This document shows, one piece after another, positions 57,171 to 64,000 of a stretch of DNA of 64,000 bases. The DNA is from a virus. The notes beneath the pieces are model-generated. The model was given only the letters and a program-made list of their open reading frames with translations. It ran no database searches and was not told where the DNA came from. Both the position numbers and the translations under genes were made by a program. How positions within the stretch are numbered: position 1 is the first letter of the stretch; each line of letters starts with the position of its first letter. The DNA is taken from IMG/VR virus record IMGVR_UViG_3300048065_001187, positions 32,001 through 96,000 of that record. The stretch is one strand, 5' to 3'.

Positions 57171-60100
57171 ATGGCTGACAAAAAAATTTCTGAATTTCCT
57201 ATATTTAGCGGCAAGCAAGACGACGATACATTTTACATTATAGCTAGTGGTGATGCCGAAAATAATAAGGCACAAAATTATAAAATTAGTTTTACAGGGC
57301 TTGCAGACGAAGTATTTAAGACTTACCCAGAATACATAAGTGGGGCAACAGGAGCTTTTGCTGAGTCATTAACAATCAGCGGGCTCCCAGTTCTTACTGG
57401 GTTTGATATTGATGGAGGTAGCTCGATTATTGCTGGCACTACAGAAGAAATATCATTTGGAGGAACAGATCCTAGTGATACTCGCGAAGTTTCTTTTCAG
57501 CAAGGTGGCGAAACCAAGCTAGCTATCAACGAAGATGGAGATGTTGAAATATCTCAATCTTTAAACATTACAGAGTCCGCTAATATTGCTGGAGGCTTAA
57601 CGGTCCAGGAAGGTTCAACTACGATTTTAAATGGTCCAACCAAGATTAATGATACATTAACAGTTGATGATGGAGTGTCAACGCTATTAGGGGGAGCTTT
57701 GACTGTCACTGATATAACCAGAATCGACGGTGCTACAACAATTAATAACACATTAACAGTTGAAGACGGATCAAGCACAACTCTTGGCGGCACACTTACA
57801 GTCAAAGATGGAGCAACTTTAAGTAAAACATTAAGCGTTGCTGATGCTACCACTCTTAAGAGCACTTTGACGGTTGAGGACGGAAACAAAACAACCCTTG
57901 GCGGTGAGCTTACTGTTAAAGAAAAAGGTAGTTTTGCGAAGAATGTTAGTGTTGGCACAGATTTATCTGTTGGCGGAGAATTGACGGTTGGCGGCACAAC
58001 CTTAACGAATCTTTTAGCAGGGGTCAGCATTGATTCGCTGGAAGATATAGAAGATGTTACTCTCACAAGCATAGCTGATGGTGATATTTTGAAATGGGAT
58101 GGCTCTAAATGGGTAAATGTAGATGCTCTTGGAGATATTACCACGGCTCTTGCTGGGAAAGCTAACTCAAGCCATGCATTATCTTCTCATTCGGATGTTA
58201 GCACAACAAGTGCTTCTAGTGGTCAAGTTTTAAAATGGAATGGCAGCGAATGGGCTCCTGCTGCTGATGATGCTGGTTTATCTTCGGTAGAGTGGAGTCA
58301 AGTCAGCAACAAGCCTGCCACTTTTGATCCAGTAAGCCATACTCATGCGATATCTGACATTACGAATCTAAGCACTCAATTGGATTCTAAAGCTAGCTCA
58401 AGCCATACTCATGCGATATCTGAGATTACGGATCTAAGCACTCAATTGGATTCTAAAGCTAGCTCAAGCCATACTCATGCGATATCTGAGATTACGGATC
58501 TAAGCACTCAATTGGCCGCTAAAGCTAACTCAAGCCATACTCATTCTTGGGGCGATATTTCAGGTGGAGATTTCAATTCTTTAAGCAATTTTAATACAAC
58601 TATAAAATTTGATATCTCTGATTATCTTGCGGTTTCTGATTCGGGCGGAAACAATGTAAGAAAAATTACCGTAGAAGATTTGATACAGCTCCACAATGCT
58701 GAAAAAACTAAAGAGCAGCTTGATGCCAGTGATACTGATGAGCAAACCCTACTTGATCCTACTGAAGCTATTGAAGTCGACCCTGATGAAGGAGGAGGGG
58801 TACAGGTAGAATTTGATGCTGTAGAAGGTCGATGTGTTTTAGCAAATGATCCACCCCTTACATTAAGTAATTTCAAACAATTAATCGATCCATTTGGTGG
58901 GTTAAAATTGAATCCTACATATGGCACACCTGATGGAAATGGTTGCAGATCCTATAGTTATACTATCGCTGTTGATGATAGTGGTTCGGCGGCAACAGAA
59001 TATACTTTACTTTTAGGTAAGCATGATGATATAGATATCAAAGGATCATCGACACCTGTTAGTGTTCGTGGCCATGCTTTGCATGGAAGAGATCCTAGTG
59101 ATAATGATGGAGGATTTGGTACTGAAGGAAAAGTCTTTGATGCCAGTGCCACTGATACTTCATTTGTTACTAATCTTGTGTCTGCTGAGAATGATATCTA
59201 CAAAGATAGACCTTTAGAAATCAATGGGCAAGTACGTACTATATCTTCTTACAATGGAACCACAAAAGTCGTAACATTAAGCAGTGCATTAACTAGTGCT
59301 CCATCAAATGATACTGCTTTTACGATAAAAAATACAATGAGTTATCATGGATTACTAGATCCTAATGTTAACACCAACTTTATCTTTATGGGTTATAAGC
59401 CGCAAAATGATACCGGCCTTGGCACAGCCATTACTAGTTTTGATGACAATAGTTGGAAGCCTAGCGGTACTCAGACAAATGTGTATGTTGACAATGGATA
59501 TGTTGAACGAGACACAATCAAGGCTAAAGAGTTTTTTGAATATAGCCCAACACCCGTAAAAAGAAGGTCGGATGACGGAGAGTTTGCTCCGTGGATGGTT
59601 GCTCAAGCACACAATAGCTCAACAGCTTACAAAAGATTAAGTTTAGTGACTAGTGGTGGAGTATGGTATCTAGCAACTAGATATGTTCCTGCGAATACAT
59701 CTATTTCAAATACAATTTATTGGCAGGTAAGAGATGGAAATAGGCCTTGGGATTTTAATAGAATAGTAAAACATAATGGCAATTATTATATTGCAAAAAA
59801 TCCAGGCGGTGCAGGAACTGATCATACAAATACTACTGATTGGCATCAATTGACTACAGATCAATTAAACAATCCAGTATTAGATGTGCCTTGTAACAAT
59901 AGGGCTGAAGCTGTTTTTTATAATAGACATAACAGTGGTTTTGCTTTTAAATCCAGCCCAGACTCTAATGTTGTCGCTCAACCTTTTATTAGCTGGCAAG
60001 GTATTCGTACCTATATCAATGTTTTTCTTTCGAATGCCAGTAAAATAACGGTACTCGTACGAGACCCTAACTTACCAACTGATCATTATGCCGATTATAG

Positions 60101-61484
60101 TTATGTGGATCAAAAAAACGGCGGAGGGTCGTTGATGATCCATGGTGGTGTTTATATTGGAAATCCTCAATGTATTTTTTCTTTTTGTAGTCCAATTATT
60201 AAAAAACCAAGAAAATATAAAATAGATCTTTCTGCACAAACATCAACAGGCATACAAACACCGGGATTTAGCCGTGGTAATATGCATATTTTTCTTTGGT
60301 TTACAGGACCAGGTCATTCACATACTACATTGTCGAATATATATTTTAAGATTTACGGCCAAAATGAGGGTGCAAGTGATGGACATGGTTCTTTTAATTT
60401 TATGCGTGTTGATACTGGTACATCAGGTGATATTTCTGGAGTGACTTATGATTTAACCGAGGCTGCAACTTCTGCATCTAATTATTTTACAGCTATTACT
60501 CTTTATGGCGGCACTACAGGCATGTGGAATTTGAACAACAGTAGTGCATACACTGCATACAGAACACTTGGCCCTGACGGCACATTTTCATGGCAAAAAA
60601 CCATGACCTTTGATACAGCTGCAGGAGCGGATGCAGGAACCACATCATCTTATGCCTTGGCGGAACTAGAAGGCGCTTGCGGATTTAGTTCAGAAGTTCA
60701 TGGCAATCAATATATTAGATTTAGATTTCTGGAGCTAACCAATGGGTGTGAAGGATTCAGGATTTTTCACTGGAACACTGCGAATTATTCGCACTTTACA
60801 TCTAATGGTTTTAGATTTTCTCCGATAACCGCTAATTCAAGCACTCGATTGTTTGGAGACTTTGGTTCTTACGTATTTGCTGTTAATGCCAGCAATGGTA
60901 CAACTCTATATCATGCCACCCCAGCGGCGGTTTTATCTAGTACAACTCAAGCATTAGATGAAATAGGAGATGGTAGCCAATATTTTATATGGCTTGCGGC
61001 AAATAAAACTTGGGCATATCTGCCAGTGATGGATGGACCTAATACTTCTGCAAATTATTATAATAATAATATGGGTGAAATGTCGGGAACAAGTAAAGCT
61101 TATTGGCCATCTGCCCCTACACGCACAGGTACCAGTTATGCGGCATTTACAACAGATGTTACTTTATATAAAGATTCAGCCACCACAACAAGCACTACCT
61201 TAACTACTTATTTCACGGGTGCGCCAATGTTAACTAACCAAACATTAATAAATATAGGCGCCAAGGCTTTTGCTATAGGCAACGACGGATTGTTCCTGGG
61301 TGATGCAGGAGGTGCTGCTGCTGGCAACATAACTAATGTGGTTAGCGGAACCTCAATAGTACCAACCGTAAGCAGTAACTTTCTTGATAATTCAGCAATT
61401 GTAGCTCAATCTTTATCTGATAACATAGTGATTGCAACAACTAATGTAACCGCATTGTCAAGTAAATCTTATACTGTATCTTAA
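57171..61484 (+). CDS. Large tail-fibre/virion appendage-like protein
   Basis: N-terminal KKISEFP, TLTV/TTLGG beta-solenoid repeats, GDILKWDGSKW and GQVLKWNGSEW modules, HTH (His-x-His) fibre repeats, S/T/G-rich C-terminus. Confidence 0.75.
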   Translation: MADKKISEFPIFSGKQDDDTFYIIASGDAENNKAQNYKISFTGLADEVFKTYPEYISGATGAFAESLTISGLPVLTGFDIDGGSSIIAGTTEEISFGGTDPSDTREVSFQQGGETKLAINEDGDVEISQSLNITESANIAGGLTVQEGSTTILNGPTKINDTLTVDDGVSTLLGGALTVTDITRIDGATTINNTLTVEDGSSTTLGGTLTVKDGATLSKTLSVADATTLKSTLTVEDGNKTTLGGELTVKEKGSFAKNVSVGTDLSVGGELTVGGTTLTNLLAGVSIDSLEDIEDVTLTSIADGDILKWDGSKWVNVDALGDITTALAGKANSSHALSSHSDVSTTSASSGQVLKWNGSEWAPAADDAGLSSVEWSQVSNKPATFDPVSHTHAISDITNLSTQLDSKASSSHTHAISEITDLSTQLDSKASSSHTHAISEITDLSTQLAAKANSSHTHSWGDISGGDFNSLSNFNTTIKFDISDYLAVSDSGGNNVRKITVEDLIQLHNAEKTKEQLDASDTDEQTLLDPTEAIEVDPDEGGGVQVEFDAVEGRCVLANDPPLTLSNFKQLIDPFGGLKLNPTYGTPDGNGCRSYSYTIAVDDSGSAATEYTLLLGKHDDIDIKGSSTPVSVRGHALHGRDPSDNDGGFGTEGKVFDASATDTSFVTNLVSAENDIYKDRPLEINGQVRTISSYNGTTKVVTLSSALTSAPSNDTAFTIKNTMSYHGLLDPNVNTNFIFMGYKPQNDTGLGTAITSFDDNSWKPSGTQTNVYVDNGYVERDTIKAKEFFEYSPTPVKRRSDDGEFAPWMVAQAHNSSTAYKRLSLVTSGGVWYLATRYVPANTSISNTIYWQVRDGNRPWDFNRIVKHNGNYYIAKNPGGAGTDHTNTTDWHQLTTDQLNNPVLDVPCNNRAEAVFYNRHNSGFAFKSSPDSNVVAQPFISWQGIRTYINVFLSNASKITVLVRDPNLPTDHYADYSYVDQKNGGGSLMIHGGVYIGNPQCIFSFCSPIIKKPRKYKIDLSAQTSTGIQTPGFSRGNMHIFLWFTGPGHSHTTLSNIYFKIYGQNEGASDGHGSFNFMRVDTGTSGDISGVTYDLTEAATSASNYFTAITLYGGTTGMWNLNNSSAYTAYRTLGPDGTFSWQKTMTFDTAAGADAGTTSSYALAELEGACGFSSEVHGNQYIRFRFLELTNGCEGFRIFHWNTANYSHFTSNGFRFSPITANSSTRLFGDFGSYVFAVNASNGTTLYHATPAAVLSSTTQALDEIGDGSQYFIWLAANKTWAYLPVMDGPNTSANYYNNNMGEMSGTSKAYWPSAPTRTGTSYAAFTTDVTLYKDSATTTSTTLTTYFTGAPMLTNQTLINIGAKAFAIGNDGLFLGDAGGAAAGNITNVVSGTSIVPTVSSNFLDNSAIVAQSLSDNIVIATTNVTALSSKSYTVS
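58335..58544 (+). repeat. 66-bp tandem repeat, 3 copies plus a partial (SHTHAISEITDLSTQLDSKASS)
   Basis: Units start at 58335, 58401, 58467 and 58533; nearly identical at DNA level. Confidence 0.92.
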
Positions 61485-61487
61485 TTT

Positions 61488-64000
61488 ATGCCTAATAATA
61501 GAAAAATTACAGATCTTCCTAGTATTGTACCTAGGTCAGATTTAAAGTTTGTAGTCGCCACCGATGCAAACAATTTTTCTGTTTCTCTGGGCGACATTAG
61601 CACAAATATTACTGAGCAGCTTCCCGCTGATTTGATCGGACAAGATGATCTTATTGCAAGTGGTAATTTTTTACATAATTATATAGATGATATCAATGAC
61701 GCATTGGTCGCGGCTGATAATCTTTTAAATTTAGATTTAGATTCTTTAAGCGGGGCATTAAATACCACCGAGTCTGAACTGCAAGACAAGATTGATATTG
61801 TATCAGGCGACTTATTTACTACTGGTCAGTATTTGTATACTGCTATTGAGACGGTTAGTGGAGATTTGCTTGCTAGCGGTACATTGATCAATCAAGGTTT
61901 TGATTCCGTTTATCAAAATATTGCATCTACTGGGGCCAGCCTCTCTGGAAGTCTTTCTGCTACCGGAGAGGCATTGAAATCGCAACTCGATCTAGTTGTT
62001 GACGAACAGGGAAATCTAAATAATCAATTATTTGATTCGTTTAATTCTCAATTTGGTGGAACATATATATATTTTTCTGATTTAGAAAATAAACTTGGGC
62101 CAACAATAAAAACTTTTTACGAGACCCCTACTCAAGATATATTTTTATCAGGTGTTACAGTTGATTCCGCTCGTCGCTGCAAGGCTTATCTTCGTTGGGA
62201 TGGCCCAGCAAACGAGTACATGGGGACAGGATACATCAATGGCCAACAGATACCTTTTCAAAATATACGTGAATTAGGCACACAAACTCGTCGCTTTGAA
62301 GGTTTTATAGATAATTTAGATTTGCGGGGCAAGACAGAAATTACTGGTGCAGTTAATAACATAACAGGCTATATCAGCTTAAGAGAATTAGGTACTGGTC
62401 CTAGTGCTACATCCGTAGAAATAAATGATATTTTTTCAGCCACACCAAAAGCTGGTACAGAGTTAGGAAATGATGCATTAAAAGAAGGTGATGTTATTGA
62501 TATACAAGTAACATATCCTAGTGGGCTTTTTGATAGCCACGATACTTCTGTTAGTGGCATTCAGGTTATGAATGAAGGTATATCAGATGGTACAAGTTTC
62601 GTGGCATATACTCCTGCAGTCTTAGGAGATGGTTCGCGTTTGTATACAGTGCCAGTAACTATTTCTAACCGAGATGGGATTGATCAAAATGTTAGTGTCA
62701 GAGCATTAAATAATTTTGGCTCAACGGGAATCATAAATGCATCTTCCAATGTTATTCCTTTGGATCAAACATATCCTGTTATCACAGCCGCTGATCCTTT
62801 ATCTTATAATGGAAGGTCTGATGGATTGAGGCAAGGAGAGTCTACCACATTTACTAATAATATTTCTGATTTTGATGAGTTTGCTGATACTGTTAGTTAT
62901 ACTCCGATATTAACTGATGGATGCTTAGTGGACATCAACAACCCTGACACTTTTGAGGCGACTAAAACTGTATCTTATGTACAGGGAACATTTACTGACT
63001 CAGATAATGTTGAAATTTATGCGGTGCGTAGTTCTAATGGTGCAAATGACACTGAATATGTTTCCGTAAAAGTAGCGAACGGTATGAGCGTTGAATCCTC
63101 AGAAATTATCACTCCAGCTATATCCACAAATTCTCCAAATTTAATTGGTACTACTGATTTAAAAGGTGGAGACACTGTTAACGTTGAAGTAGAAATTGAT
63201 GTTAAAGATGTTGCTGCTAACACTATACAGATAAAGGTATTAAATTCTGGTATTTCGGATGGTAGTCAAACTTCTTTTTCTAGTTATAGTTTTGTTTCGG
63301 TAGCTGGAAATGTCTATAAATATACGATCCCAGTAAAAGTAACAAGTAGTAACTCAAGAAACGGCAATCAATCAGTTATTATTCAGGCAAGAAATAGCTT
63401 TGGAGTTTTAAGTGCTGAATACACATCCGACAATACTGCCTCAGTTGACAATGTCGGGCCATCTATTTCATTCAACAGCATTACTTATCCAGCTAATCAG
63501 CAAGCAATTAAGTCTGGCGAATCGGTGACAGTTGCTCACAGTATTTCAAATTATGATTCTGTCGCTTATGATAGCCCAAATGGGCAATTAACTATTGCTA
63601 ATACTTCTGCGTTCGAATCCAATAAAGTTTGTGATTACAACTTAGGAGGGTACAACATATCGAGTGCCAACTTTAGAGCGACTGCCACAAAAACCACAAA
63701 TGGAATAGTAGAATCTAATACTGAGGTTGTCTTTATTGCTAATACACCAATGACCTTAACAATCAGCGGCTTAGCATCCAAGTTAATTAGCTCTAATAGC
63801 GGGCAAAATTACAACTTTTCTTTAAATTCTAATCAAAAATACAATGCTTTCCCAACACTCAGTGTTGACTCTAGCCAAACAACTCCATCCTCACTGACAC
63901 ATACAAGTCAAAGCACCAATGGAACCAATTCTTTTCGGATTAATGTTAATGACTCACACACCAAAGGAATATTTAATTGGCAGGTTTCTGCATTTAATTT
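61488..64000 (+). CDS. 3'-truncated large virion structural protein (coiled-coil N-terminus, beta-rich Ig-like repeats)
   Basis: ATG 61488 gives MPNNRKITDLP; same frame reads KGIFNWQVSAFN at the window end. Absent from the ORF track because no stop lies in the window. Confidence 0.75.
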   Translation, partial: MPNNRKITDLPSIVPRSDLKFVVATDANNFSVSLGDISTNITEQLPADLIGQDDLIASGNFLHNYIDDINDALVAADNLLNLDLDSLSGALNTTESELQDKIDIVSGDLFTTGQYLYTAIETVSGDLLASGTLINQGFDSVYQNIASTGASLSGSLSATGEALKSQLDLVVDEQGNLNNQLFDSFNSQFGGTYIYFSDLENKLGPTIKTFYETPTQDIFLSGVTVDSARRCKAYLRWDGPANEYMGTGYINGQQIPFQNIRELGTQTRRFEGFIDNLDLRGKTEITGAVNNITGYISLRELGTGPSATSVEINDIFSATPKAGTELGNDALKEGDVIDIQVTYPSGLFDSHDTSVSGIQVMNEGISDGTSFVAYTPAVLGDGSRLYTVPVTISNRDGIDQNVSVRALNNFGSTGIINASSNVIPLDQTYPVITAADPLSYNGRSDGLRQGESTTFTNNISDFDEFADTVSYTPILTDGCLVDINNPDTFEATKTVSYVQGTFTDSDNVEIYAVRSSNGANDTEYVSVKVANGMSVESSEIITPAISTNSPNLIGTTDLKGGDTVNVEVEIDVKDVAANTIQIKVLNSGISDGSQTSFSSYSFVSVAGNVYKYTIPVKVTSSNSRNGNQSVIIQARNSFGVLSAEYTSDNTASVDNVGPSISFNSITYPANQQAIKSGESVTVAHSISNYDSVAYDSPNGQLTIANTSAFESNKVCDYNLGGYNISSANFRATATKTTNGIVESNTEVVFIANTPMTLTISGLASKLISSNSGQNYNFSLNSNQKYNAFPTLSVDSSQTTPSSLTHTSQSTNGTNSFRINVNDSHTKGIFNWQVSAFN

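Noticed and set aside
58335-58544. Possible CRISPR array or DGR template/variable repeat
   Set aside because: Units are contiguous, in frame and have no spacers; no reverse transcriptase or cas genes are present.
1583-63223. All minus-strand ORFs and nested + strand alternative-frame ORFs in the track
   Set aside because: They lie within or opposite well-supported genes, show no motifs, and are typical shadow frames (for example poly-Ser ORFs opposite the poly-Glu tract).
1-64000. Cellular O-antigen/capsule locus or eukaryotic giant virus origin
   Set aside because: No housekeeping context, exporter or priming transferase. DnaE, DnaB, DnaG, RecA, sigma70-type promoters and fibre genes fit a bacteriophage better. 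Not proven, since capsid and terminase are outside the window.
1-64000. Stop-codon reassignment, tRNA or rRNA genes
   Set aside because: Conserved genes are full length in the standard code and end in TAA, TGA or TAG. Intergenic gaps are short and show no cloverleaf by eye.

Overview
AT-rich 64 kb segment of what is most likely a large (jumbo-type) bacteriophage. Every credible gene is on the + strand, tightly packed, often with ATGA overlaps. Three blocks are visible. (1) About 1-42.5 kb is a very large glycan synthesis and decoration region: nucleotide-sugar enzymes (Gmd, Fcl, short Ugd, RmlB, NRS/ER-like reductase, Glf, GME-like, two more SDR epimerases, NeuA-like cytidylyltransferase plus HpcH aldolase), over a dozen putative glycosyltransferases (GT2, GT25, GT31, GT47, GT61, GT77, GT90, NodZ-like), eight sulfotransferases, methyltransferases, a pyruvyltransferase and a sulfatase. 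It has no recognisable flippase, polymerase or priming transferase. It is interrupted by a ribonucleotide reductase module (nrdA, Nudix, tyrosyl-radical-free class Ic-type nrdB, J-domain protein) and a GHKL ATPase. (2) 42.5-57.1 kb is a replication module: CC1-like small basic protein, RecA-like recombinase, DnaB, DnaG, PD-(D/E)XK nucleases, a DNA polymerase III split into PHP, exonuclease and DnaE core genes, and a ClpC-like ATPase. (3) From 57.2 kb to the end are two large fibre/virion-like proteins. Almost every intergenic gap carries one of two promoter-like motifs placed directly before the start codon: sigma70-type TTGAC-N17-TAnnnT, or an unfamiliar GTGTA 14-16 nt upstream of the start. 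This suggests two temporal classes of largely leaderless transcripts. A PVC-superphylum (Verrucomicrobia/Planctomycetes) host is an inference only. All family calls come from motif recognition by eye; no database search was run.
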